Positions 34,775 to 43,191 of a stretch of 64,000 nt of DNA are shown here, piece after piece. Position numbers and translations under genes: made by a program. The stretch's first letter is position 1, and each line of letters opens with the position of its first letter. Source of the DNA: an uncultured bacterium (GTDB taxonomy: Bacteria > Verrucomicrobiota > Kiritimatiellia > RFP12 > UBA1067); NCBI GenBank assembly GCA_902801025.1, contig CADCGZ010000008.1:10684-74683 (forward strand), in the 5' to 3' direction. A model generated the notes under the pieces. It saw only the letters and a program-made list of their open reading frames with translations, was not told where the DNA came from and ran no database searches.

Positions 34775-35433
34775 ATGAATCTCTGTCTTTTCTTCGAGGG
34801 TACGGGGCGGGGCGTCGCGGGGTGTATCACAAATGTGACGCGCTTGCGCGACCTTTGCGTGGATGACTCGCGGCAGAAGCTACATCTTGAAGCGGGGCCT
34901 GGGACTCATTTCGGTTCGTATCTCGCGGGGAAGATTGCGGGCGTGGACTGGAGAACGACATTCCGCTCGGCGCGGCGGTGGTTCGAGGCGAACTACGAAT
35001 CGTTGCCGAAAGACGGGATTGGCACTTCTCTACCATCGGGCTTGATGTCGCGGCAGATTGTCCGCGCAATGTCAAGAAGGCGCGGCATGCCGTTTCGCGT
35101 GACGAGACGCGGAAGTTCTTTCAGTATGTCCCGCTCAAAGGCGACAAAGGGCAGGTTGTCGAAATGCTCTTTCCCGGCAGCCACAGCGACGTCGGCGGAC
35201 TTTACGACGACAATCACCTTGTCGCCGACCTTGCTCTCGCATGGATCGCGGCAGGGGCGAAAAGGGCGGGCGTTCGTTTTCGTCGCGGTGCTGACCTCTC
35301 GCAGCGGCTCGACATCCCGTCTGTCGTCCTGCATGACTCCCATTCCCTCGCCTCCAATCTCTGGGGCGCATTCGATCGCGTAAAGCGCGACCTTCCCCGC
35401 CTCCGTCTCCACTTCGCTTGCAAAGGGTTGTAG
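34775..35433 (+). pseudogene. decayed DUF2235 (T6SS Tle1-type phospholipase-like alpha/beta hydrolase) gene: frameshifted and internally shortened
   Basis: Frame 2 gives LCLFFEGTG, TNVTRL and GPGT blocks. After ~35000-35050 the match continues in frame 1 (MLFPGSHSDVGGLY). No GxSxG/GFSRGA nucleophile block was found. The total span is only ~219 codons. Confidence 0.65.
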
Positions 35434-35623
35434 TGGTCGGAATAAAGTCGGATAGCGTCTTGTAGCGTCGGCAGCGTGTTGTGGACGCGGCGGCAGTGAG
35501 GCGGAGGGCGCGCGTGAAGGCGCGCGCGTCAAAATCATGCCGGCGGGGTGCCCGCAAACTGCGGGTCGTGCGAGCAGGTCGGGCGTAGGCCTCGCATTCG
35601 GCCACCGCCTCACGAATCCTTTT

Positions 35624-35664
35624 GCGCGTGGTTGAGCTGTGGTTATGGTTGGCGCGTGGTTGAG
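35624..35664 (+). repeat. two copies of GCGCGTGGTTGAG spaced 28 nt apart, within a TGGTT-rich tract
   Basis: Copies at 35624-35636 and 35652-35664. TGGTT recurs about five times between 35629 and 35672. Confidence 0.8.
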
Positions 35665-35707
35665 GAATGGTTGTTGAGTGAAGTCGGGATTCCTGCATGC
35701 GCGTTCT

Positions 35708-35733
35708 TCGGCGCTTCCAAATTTTTCCTAATT
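35708..35733. repeat. inverted repeat, right copy (TCGGCGCTTCCAAATTTTTCCTAATT)
   Basis: Exact reverse complement of 6442-6467. Lies 80 nt upstream of the potA start, abutting the candidate potA promoter. Confidence 0.9.
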
Positions 35734-35763
35734 TCACCCCTTGCGCGTTGCGGTGAAATTAGG
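35727..35763. promoter_or_regulatory. 12-bp-arm inverted repeat CCTAATTTCACC-N13-GGTGAAATTAGG
   Basis: Arms at 35727-35738 and 35752-35763 are perfectly complementary. The left arm overlaps the end of the 26-nt island repeat, and the structure spans the -35/spacer of the candidate potA promoter. Confidence 0.6.
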
Positions 35764-35769
35764 TATCAT
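35741..35769 (+). promoter_or_regulatory. candidate potABC promoter
   Basis: TTGCGC (35741-35746), 17-nt spacer, TATCAT (35764-35769). A leader of ~40 nt with GGAGG precedes TTG 35813. Confidence 0.4.
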
Positions 35770-35812
35770 TCCCCCCAACACCAAAGCTTGTCCTAATGGA
35801 GGCATACCAGAA

Positions 35813-36919
35813 TTGAGCAACGAATTTCTCGTCTTCGACCATGTGACGAAGCGGTTCGGCGCGTTGACGGCGGTCAACGACGTCTCTTTCTCTGTCAACA
35901 AGGGCGAGTTCTTCTCGCTTCTCGGACCTTCGGGATGCGGCAAGACAACGCTCCTCAGGATGCTCGGCGGCTTCGAAAAGCCAGATTCAGGCCGCATCTT
36001 CCTCGAAGGCAAGGACATTACGGACCTCGCTCCGAACGAGCGCCGCGTCCACACGGTGTTCCAGAACTACGCGCTCTTTCCGACGATGACGATCTGGGAC
36101 AACATCGCGTTTTCCCTGCGGCTTGCGAAGCTCCCGAAGAAGGAAATCGAGGAGAAGGTCGACGCGATACTCGACATGATCCAGATGAGCGAGCACGCAT
36201 GGAAGTACCCGAACCAGCTCTCGGGCGGCCAGAAGCAGCGCGTCGCAATCGCGCGCGCCCTCGTCGACCGGCCGAAGGTGCTGCTTCTTGACGAGCCGCT
36301 CGCCGCGCTCGACCTTAAGCTTCGCCAGCACATGCTCCTCGAGCTCGACACGATCCACGACCAGGTCGGCATCACGTTCATGTACGTCACGCACGACCAG
36401 GGCGAGGCGATGTCGCTCTCCGACCGCATCGCGGTCATCAACCGCGGCACGATCGAGCAGCTCGACGGCCCCGCGAAGATCTACGAGGCGCCGTCTTCGC
36501 GCTTCGTCGCCTCGTTCATCGGCGACACGAACTTCTTCTCCGGCGAGATCGTCGCGACGGAAGGCGACTACTGCACGATTCGCCCCGTGGGATTCCCCGA
36601 CATCCGCGCCTACAACGACAAACAGCTTAAGGTCGGCCAGAAGGTCGATCTCTCCGTCCGCCCCGAGAAGATTCGCGTGACGCTCGCGCCGCCTCCGCCA
36701 GAGAAGGGCGCGTCCATCAACGTCTACCCCTCGACGGTCCAGGACATCGTCTACCAGGGCGTCTACACCAAGTACTGGATCAAGAGCTCCGACTTCCGTA
36801 TCGCGGCCCTCAAGCCGCACTCTCGGTTCCTTCTCGACCAGGAGCCGATCACGTGGAACGATAAGGTCTTCGTCTGGTGGCATCCCGACGACGGCTACAT
36901 GGTGGAAGCGAAACAATGA
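35813..36919 (+). CDS. potA: spermidine/putrescine ABC transporter ATP-binding protein
   Basis: TTG start 10 nt after GGAGG. Walker A GPSGCGKTT, signature LSGGQKQR, Walker B LLLDEPL. C-terminal TOBE-like domain. Confidence 0.85.
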   Translation: MSNEFLVFDHVTKRFGALTAVNDVSFSVNKGEFFSLLGPSGCGKTTLLRMLGGFEKPDSGRIFLEGKDITDLAPNERRVHTVFQNYALFPTMTIWDNIAFSLRLAKLPKKEIEEKVDAILDMIQMSEHAWKYPNQLSGGQKQRVAIARALVDRPKVLLLDEPLAALDLKLRQHMLLELDTIHDQVGITFMYVTHDQGEAMSLSDRIAVINRGTIEQLDGPAKIYEAPSSRFVASFIGDTNFFSGEIVATEGDYCTIRPVGFPDIRAYNDKQLKVGQKVDLSVRPEKIRVTLAPPPPEKGASINVYPSTVQDIVYQGVYTKYWIKSSDFRIAALKPHSRFLLDQEPITWNDKVFVWWHPDDGYMVEAKQ

Positions 36920-37830
36920 ACAGTCCGCTTCGCACTCGCAGGGCCGAATGGCTCGTAACTGCGCCTTCGTTCCTCTGGCTCGCGCTCTTTTTCGCGGTGC
37001 CTGCTGTTATCGTCCTCGCGTTTACCTTCCATGGGCACGACATCTCTGGCGGCGTCGGCGAGTGGTCGCTTTCGACGTGGCGCGAACTTGTCGACCCCGA
37101 CTATCCGACGATCATCTGGAACACGATCCGCATTTCTGTCGAAGTCACGATATGGTCCATCGTCCTCGCCGTTCCCTGTGCCTATGCGATAGCCCGAATG
37201 AACAGCCGCTGGCGCGCGATCGTCGCTGGCTCCATAATGCTTCCGTTCTGGACGAGCTTCGTCGTTCGCGTCTTTGCGTGGAAGACGATGCTTCATCCCG
37301 ATGGCTGGCTTCAGGCGTGCTACAACTTCCTTTCGATCAGCGGCGAACATTCTACGATACTCGACTCCGAGACGGCGGTCGTGCTCGTGTCGGTATATTC
37401 GTTTCTGCCGTTCGCGATCATGCCGATCTACACGGCGGCCGAGAAGTTCGACTTCTCGCTCCTCGAGGCGGCACGTGACCTGGGGGCCAAGAACTTCTAC
37501 GCGTTCCGCAAGATATTCCTCCCAGGGATCAGGCAGGGGCTCGTCTCCGCCGTTCTCATGGTGTTCATCCCTGCGATTGGCTCGTACGTCATCCCGCAGA
37601 TGCTCGGCGGCACGAACTGCGTCCTAATCGGCAACAAGATATTCATGCGCGCGATCCAGAACCGCAACATTCCGCACGCGTCGGCGCTCGCGACGGTGAT
37701 GGCCGTCAGCGTCCTCATCCCGATAGGGCTTTCGATGTGGTGGAAGAAGCGGCAGGACATGCGCGACCGCCAGCGCCTCGAGGCGCAGACGGCGCGGCTC
37801 TTCACAGCGGGAGAGGGGGCTGCGAAATGA
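36916..37830 (+). CDS. potB: spermidine/putrescine ABC transporter permease
   Basis: ATGA overlap with potA. Multi-TM protein. EAA loop LLEAARDLGAKNFYAFRKIFLP. Confidence 0.85.
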   Translation: MNSPLRTRRAEWLVTAPSFLWLALFFAVPAVIVLAFTFHGHDISGGVGEWSLSTWRELVDPDYPTIIWNTIRISVEVTIWSIVLAVPCAYAIARMNSRWRAIVAGSIMLPFWTSFVVRVFAWKTMLHPDGWLQACYNFLSISGEHSTILDSETAVVLVSVYSFLPFAIMPIYTAAEKFDFSLLEAARDLGAKNFYAFRKIFLPGIRQGLVSAVLMVFIPAIGSYVIPQMLGGTNCVLIGNKIFMRAIQNRNIPHASALATVMAVSVLIPIGLSMWWKKRQDMRDRQRLEAQTARLFTAGEGAAK

Positions 37831-38657
37831 AGCGCTCGATGGTTTCGGTGATGATCCTCGCCGCGGTTCTTGCGTTCCTCTACGTGCCGATCATTCTCGT
37901 GGTCGTCTACGGATTCGTCCCCAACGGCATATCCATGAGCTTCTTCGGGTCGGACGGCTCCTTCCTTGGCTTTACGGGGAAGTGGTACAAGTACATCTTC
38001 ACCGGCCATCAGTCCGTCAGGTCGCTTCTGGAGAGTTTTTGGCTTTCACTCATCATCGCGGGGCTCTCCACCCTCGCCTCGTGCGCAATCGGCACGACAT
38101 CGGCGCTCGCGCTCCACAAGTGGAAGGACCGCCTTCAGTCGATACACCATGCGCTCGTCTACACGCCGCTTATCATGCCCGACATCCTGATCGGCATTTC
38201 GCTCCTGATGCTCTTTGCCGCCTGCCACGTGAACTGCGGCTTCTGGACGATCCTCATAGCCCACATCACGTTCTGCGTCTCCTATGTCGCGATGACGGTT
38301 CTTGCGCGTCTCCAGGACTTCGACGACCGCATCACCGAGGCGGCGTACGACCTCGGCGCGGGGCCATGGTACGCGTTCTTCCATGTCGAGCTGCCGATAC
38401 TGCTCCCCGGCATCGTCGCGGGCGGGCTTCTCGCGTTCACGCTTTCCATCGACGACGTCGTCATCACTTCGTTCGTGAACGGCGCGGGCACCAACACGTT
38501 CCCGACATACGTCTCGTCGATGACGAAGCACTCGCGCAACTTGCCGTCGGTGTTTGCGCTCTCGACCCTCATGCTCGTCTTCACGTGCGTGCTCGTCGGC
38601 CTCTCGAAACTCATCACTTCGAAGGGCCAGGCGAAGCTCAAGCCGAAGGCGTCGTGA
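37827..38657 (+). CDS. potC: spermidine/putrescine ABC transporter permease
   Basis: ATGA overlap with potB. Multi-TM protein. EAA loop ITEAAYDLGAGPWYAFFHVELP. Confidence 0.85.
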   Translation: MKRSMVSVMILAAVLAFLYVPIILVVVYGFVPNGISMSFFGSDGSFLGFTGKWYKYIFTGHQSVRSLLESFWLSLIIAGLSTLASCAIGTTSALALHKWKDRLQSIHHALVYTPLIMPDILIGISLLMLFAACHVNCGFWTILIAHITFCVSYVAMTVLARLQDFDDRITEAAYDLGAGPWYAFFHVELPILLPGIVAGGLLAFTLSIDDVVITSFVNGAGTNTFPTYVSSMTKHSRNLPSVFALSTLMLVFTCVLVGLSKLITSKGQAKLKPKAS

Positions 38658-38694
38658 TTTGCCGCGATTTGCGCGTCACAAGTCGCCTCGTTTT

Positions 38695-38703
38695 TGTTAT
38701 AAT
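38695..38703 (+). promoter_or_regulatory. candidate extended -10 (TGTTATAAT) upstream of potD
   Basis: Lies in the 96-nt potC-potD gap and is followed by GTCC, as at the guaB box. A T5 run precedes it. Confidence 0.4.
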
Positions 38704-38753
38704 GTCCCCCAAACGCGGCAATGGTGCCGTGTCTTGAAACAGGGAACTACGAA

Positions 38754-39899
38754 ATGATGAACATGTGGAAAGTTTCTGCCGTCGCAGTGGCGGCCGTTGC
38801 CGTCGCGGGCTGCACACAGTCCGAATCCATTGACCTCTCGCCTTGCGCGCGCGCCGCGGCTGAGTCGAGCGGGATATCTCCAGAAAGCGTCAAGGGCGGC
38901 GAGCTCCACATTTACACTTGGTCAGACTACCTCGCGCCGGAGCTCATCGTCGGTTTCGAGAAGGCACTCGGCGTCAAGGTCGTCGTTGACACGTTCGACT
39001 CGAACGAGGCGATGTACGCGAAGCTAAAGGCGGGCGGCACGGGCTATGACTTGATGACGCCGAGCTCCTATCAGATTCCGCAGATGGCGCGGGAAGGGAT
39101 GATCGAAAAGATCGACCACTCGAAGTGCCCCAACGTGAAGAAGAACTTCGACCCGTCCTTCGCGGGGCAGATCGTCGATCCTTCGTTCACGTACAGCGTG
39201 CCGTACACCGTCACCTACACCGGGTTCATGTACGACAAGGACAAGGTTCCGGAGGGCGTCGAAGTGAACTCGTGGAAGATTCTCGAAAATCCCGCGATGA
39301 AGGGGCGCATCACGCTCTTGGACGACTTCCGCGAAGTCATCGGCGGCGGGCTCATGTCGCTCGGCTATTCCCTGAATTCGGCCGACCCCGCCGAGATCGA
39401 CGCGGCCGTAACCGAGGTGCTCAAGTGGCGCCGCAACGCCCGCAAGTTCGACGCCGAGAGCTACAAGACCGAAGTTGCTGGCGGCTCCATCTGGCTTGGC
39501 CACGGATATTCCACCGACGCGACCCAGGTCATCGTGGGCGACGAGGAGGAGGGCATGGAGCCTCGTGACGACATCGGCTTCGCCCTGCCGAAGGAGGGGT
39601 TCACGATAGCGTTCGACGAGATGGTCGTCGCGAAGGACGCGAAGCGCAAGGATCTCGCCTACGCGTTCATCAACTTCATCTACGAGGGCGAGGCCGCGAA
39701 GGTGAACATGGAGTATCTCTGCGGTCCCAATCCCGTCAAGCCCGGCATCGACCTCCTCGACGACGAGATGCGCGGAATCGTCCTTATCGACCCTGAGACG
39801 CTAAAGTACGGGCAGGTCCTCAAGAGCATCGACGACCCCAAGGTCATGGAGCTCTACAACAAGGCGTGGGACAGGATCAAGGCGACAGATACAAAGTGA
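38754..39899 (+). CDS. potD: polyamine ABC transporter substrate-binding lipoprotein
   Basis: Lipobox AVAVAGC. The PotD/PotF-type block LHIYTWSDYLAPELIVGFEKALGVKV is present. Confidence 0.8.
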   Translation: MMNMWKVSAVAVAAVAVAGCTQSESIDLSPCARAAAESSGISPESVKGGELHIYTWSDYLAPELIVGFEKALGVKVVVDTFDSNEAMYAKLKAGGTGYDLMTPSSYQIPQMAREGMIEKIDHSKCPNVKKNFDPSFAGQIVDPSFTYSVPYTVTYTGFMYDKDKVPEGVEVNSWKILENPAMKGRITLLDDFREVIGGGLMSLGYSLNSADPAEIDAAVTEVLKWRRNARKFDAESYKTEVAGGSIWLGHGYSTDATQVIVGDEEEGMEPRDDIGFALPKEGFTIAFDEMVVAKDAKRKDLAYAFINFIYEGEAAKVNMEYLCGPNPVKPGIDLLDDEMRGIVLIDPETLKYGQVLKSIDDPKVMELYNKAWDRIKATDTK

Positions 39900-41707
39900 C
39901 GCTCGACGGCATACGCAACTTCTGCATCATAGCGCACGTCGACCACGGGAAGACGACGCTCTCTGACCGCATTCTCGAGCTGACGCATGCGATATCGCAG
40001 CGTGAGCTCAAGGAGCAGACGCTCGACGCGATGGATCTCGAGCGCGAGCGCGGCATCACGATCAAGTCGCACCCCGTCTCGATGCACTACACGGCGAAGG
40101 ACGGGAAGACGTACCTTTTCAACCTGCTCGACACGCCCGGCCATGTCGACTTCGCCTACGAGGTCAGCCGTTCGATGGGCGCGTGCGAAGGGGCGCTTCT
40201 CGTCGTCGACGCCGCGCAGGGCGTAGAGGCGCAGACGGTCGCGAACACGTACTTTGCGCAGGACGCGAAGCTCGAGATCGTACCAGTTCTCAACAAGGTT
40301 GACCTTCCCGGCGCCGACGTGAAGGAAGTCTCGCGCGAGATCGAAGACATTCTCGCGATCCCGATGGACGACCCGCTTCTCGTTTCCGCAAAGACTGGCA
40401 TGGGTTGCCCCGAGGTTCTTGAGGCAATCGTCAAACGCATACCGCCGCCCACGACGCTTGGCATAGACGCACCGCTGAGGGCGCTCGTCTTCGATTCCGT
40501 GTTCGACGAGTTCCGCGGCGTGATAACGTACGTCCGCGTAATGGACGGCTCGCTGAAGGCGGGGCAGGGCGTCGTGTTCATGGGGAGCCATGTCTCGACG
40601 ACTGTCCACGAGGTCGGCATCTTCTCCCCGACGAAAAAGCCAGTCGACCATCTCGAAGCGGGGCAGGTCGGCTACATCGTCGGCACGGTGAAGGATCCGA
40701 GCGAGATCAAGATCGGCGACACGGTGACGACCTCGAAGCTCGGCGCGACGGAGCCGCTTCCCGGCTTCCAGGACATTCACCCGACTGTGTTCTGTGGAAT
40801 CTACCCGATGTCGACCGACGAGTTCCCGAAGGTATCTGCGGGGCTTGAAAAACTTCACCTCAACGACTCGGCGTTCACGTTCCACCACGAAAGCTCGCTC
40901 GCGCTCGGCTTCGGCTTCCGCTGCGGCTTTCTCGGGCTTCTCCACATGGAGATCGTCCAGGAGCGCTTGCGTCGCGAATTTGGTCTCGACATAATTTCGA
41001 CCTCTCCCGGCGTAGTCTACAAATTGAAGCTAAAGAACGGCGAGGAGAAGGATCTCGACAACCCGCTTCAGATGCCTGATCCTTCCGCGCTCGAGACAAT
41101 ATCCGAGCCGATCCTAAAGTCGCGCATCATCACGCCGTCGGAATCTATAGGCGACGTTATGCGCATTGTGATGGACCGCCGCGGGCAGGTCGAGGGAACA
41201 GAGACGATTGACGCGAAGCGCGTTATGCTTCACTGCATGCTCCCCCTCAACGAGATACTTATCGACTTCCACGACACGCTGAAGTCGGTGAGCCATGGCT
41301 ATGCCTCGATGGACTACGAGCCAGCGGGCTATCAGGTCTCCGATATCGTGAAGATGGACATTCTCCTCAACGGCGAGACTGTCGACGCGTTCGCGACGAT
41401 GGTACATCGCGCCAAGGCGCGCGCGAGGGGGCTGCAGATGTGCAAGGCGCTTGCCGACACGATTCCTCCGCATCAGTTCAAGATCCCTGTGCAGGCCGCG
41501 ATAGGCAAGGAAATCATAGCGCGCGAAGACATCAGGCCTTTTCGCAAGGACGTTCTCGCAAAGCTCTACGGCGGCGACGTGACGCGCAAGATGAAAGTCT
41601 TGGAGAAGCAGAAGCGCGGCAAAGCGAGGATGAAGGAGTTCGGCCACGTCAATGTCCCGCAGTCTGCCTTCATCGCCGTTTTGAAGGGCACCATCAAAGA
41701 CAAATAA
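39896..41707 (+). CDS. lepA: translation elongation factor 4
   Basis: GTG start in a GTGA overlap with potD. IRNFCIIAHVDHGKTTL, DTPGHVDF, NKVDL G-motifs. The LepA C-terminal region is present through ..NVPQSAFIAVLK. Confidence 0.95.
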   Translation: MTLDGIRNFCIIAHVDHGKTTLSDRILELTHAISQRELKEQTLDAMDLERERGITIKSHPVSMHYTAKDGKTYLFNLLDTPGHVDFAYEVSRSMGACEGALLVVDAAQGVEAQTVANTYFAQDAKLEIVPVLNKVDLPGADVKEVSREIEDILAIPMDDPLLVSAKTGMGCPEVLEAIVKRIPPPTTLGIDAPLRALVFDSVFDEFRGVITYVRVMDGSLKAGQGVVFMGSHVSTTVHEVGIFSPTKKPVDHLEAGQVGYIVGTVKDPSEIKIGDTVTTSKLGATEPLPGFQDIHPTVFCGIYPMSTDEFPKVSAGLEKLHLNDSAFTFHHESSLALGFGFRCGFLGLLHMEIVQERLRREFGLDIISTSPGVVYKLKLKNGEEKDLDNPLQMPDPSALETISEPILKSRIITPSESIGDVMRIVMDRRGQVEGTETIDAKRVMLHCMLPLNEILIDFHDTLKSVSHGYASMDYEPAGYQVSDIVKMDILLNGETVDAFATMVHRAKARARGLQMCKALADTIPPHQFKIPVQAAIGKEIIAREDIRPFRKDVLAKLYGGDVTRKMKVLEKQKRGKARMKEFGHVNVPQSAFIAVLKGTIKDK

Positions 41708-41740
41708 CGCCGTGCGCGATGGCAAAGGGGCGCATCAGTT

Positions 41741-41749
41741 TGGTATAAT
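41741..41749 (+). promoter_or_regulatory. candidate extended -10 (TGGTATAAT), leaderless layout, for cysS
   Basis: TATAAT at 41744-41749, then 7 nt (ATGCGCC) to ATG 41757. Compare ACGCGCC at the TA promoter. Confidence 0.5.
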
Positions 41750-41756
41750 ATGCGCC

Positions 41757-43169
41757 ATGATGAATGTCTACAACTCGCTGACGCGCAGGGTCGAGGAGCT
41801 CAAGCCCCTTGAGGGGAACGAAATCCGCCTCTACACCTGCGGTCCTACCGTCTACAATTTCGCGCATATCGGCAACTTCCGCGCCTATGCGTTCGAGGAT
41901 ATCCTCCGCCGCGTAGTCCAGTTCAACGGCATGAAGATCCGCCAGGTGATGAACTTGACGGACGTCGACGACAAGACAATCCGCGGCGCAAATGCCGCGG
42001 GAATTGCGCTCACGGACTACACGAAGACGTACAAGGACGCGTTCTTCGCGGACTTGAAGAAGCTCAACATCCAGCCGGCCGAGGTCTATCCCGCGGCGAC
42101 GGACCACATCCCCGAGATGATCGCGCTTGTCCAGAAGCTGATGGATAAGGGTGTCGCCTACCAGAGCGAAGACGGCTCGGTCTATTTCAAGGTGCGCGAG
42201 TTCCCTGGCTATGGTAAGCTCGCCCACATCGACTTCGACAACCAACGCACAGGACTTCGCTGCGCGGCGGACGAATACGACAAGGAGAACGTCGGCGACT
42301 TCGCGCTCTGGAAAGCGTGGGAGGAATCCGACGGCCCAGTCGGATGGGATTCCCCGTGGGGACGCGGCCGCCCTGGCTGGCACATCGAGTGCTCCGCGAT
42401 GTCGATGAAGTATCTCGGCGAGACGTTCGACCTTCATACGGGCGGCATAGACAACCTCTTCCCGCACCACGAGAACGAGATCGCCCAGGCCGAGGCCGCG
42501 ACGGGCAAAGAGTTCGTAAGGACTTGGATGCACTGCGCGCACCTGCGCGTTAACGGCGAGAAGATGTCGAAGAGCGCTGGCAACTTCTTCACGCTCCGCG
42601 ACCTTCTCGAAAAGGGATATACCGGGCGCGAGATACGGTACGTCCTCATCAACGCCCACTACCGCACGGGCCTCAACTTCGCGTTTGACGCGCTCGAGGA
42701 CGCGAGGAAGTCGCTCAGCCGCATTGACGCATGCGTCGACCGCTTGGCTCGAGTCGCGAAAACATCCTCCTCGGGAGCCTCCGCTTCGCGCCTCCCTCGC
42801 TCGGAGTTTTCCGCGCCTCTCGCCAAGTTCACCGAAGCCGTCAATGACGATCTCAACATCCCGAAGGCCTTTGCCTCGCTCTTTGAGCTTGTGAGGATGT
42901 GCAACGGAATGGAAATGGACGCCGAAGCCGCGAACGAGGCCTTAGGAGTGTTCAAGCGCATGGACGAAGTGCTTGGCGTCATCTTCTTCGAAAATGAGAA
43001 GAAGCAAGAAGAGATTCCTGCCGACGTTAAGCAACTTCTCGATGCCCGCGCCGAGGCCAGGAAATCGAAGAACTGGGCCGAGTCCGACCGCCTCCGCGAC
43101 GAAATCGCCGCGCTCGGCTGGACTGTAAAAGACTCCCGTGATGGACAGAGTTTGGAGAAGAAGGTTTAG
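41757..43169 (+). CDS. cysS: cysteine--tRNA ligase
   Basis: Class I HIGN (AHIGNFR) and KMSKS signatures, with a typical N-terminus MNVYNSLTRR. The start sits 7 nt after a TGGTATAAT box. Confidence 0.95.
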   Translation: MMNVYNSLTRRVEELKPLEGNEIRLYTCGPTVYNFAHIGNFRAYAFEDILRRVVQFNGMKIRQVMNLTDVDDKTIRGANAAGIALTDYTKTYKDAFFADLKKLNIQPAEVYPAATDHIPEMIALVQKLMDKGVAYQSEDGSVYFKVREFPGYGKLAHIDFDNQRTGLRCAADEYDKENVGDFALWKAWEESDGPVGWDSPWGRGRPGWHIECSAMSMKYLGETFDLHTGGIDNLFPHHENEIAQAEAATGKEFVRTWMHCAHLRVNGEKMSKSAGNFFTLRDLLEKGYTGREIRYVLINAHYRTGLNFAFDALEDARKSLSRIDACVDRLARVAKTSSSGASASRLPRSEFSAPLAKFTEAVNDDLNIPKAFASLFELVRMCNGMEMDAEAANEALGVFKRMDEVLGVIFFENEKKQEEIPADVKQLLDARAEARKSKNWAESDRLRDEIAALGWTVKDSRDGQSLEKKV

Positions 43170-43191
43170 GGGTCAGGAGTCAGGAAAAGGA

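Larger units (their letters stand above)
6442..35733. other. accessory segment delimited by a 26-nt perfect inverted repeat
   Basis: Housekeeping genes lie on both sides. CAZyme operons, a TA pair, a Pmp-like gene and a pseudogene lie inside. About 275-nt non-coding stretches sit just inside each repeat copy. Confidence 0.4.

Noticed and set aside
34775-35433. Presence of a type VI secretion system, inferred from the Tle1-like gene.
   Set aside because: The gene is a frameshifted, shortened relic. No Hcp, VgrG, PAAR, TssA-M or immunity genes occur in the window.
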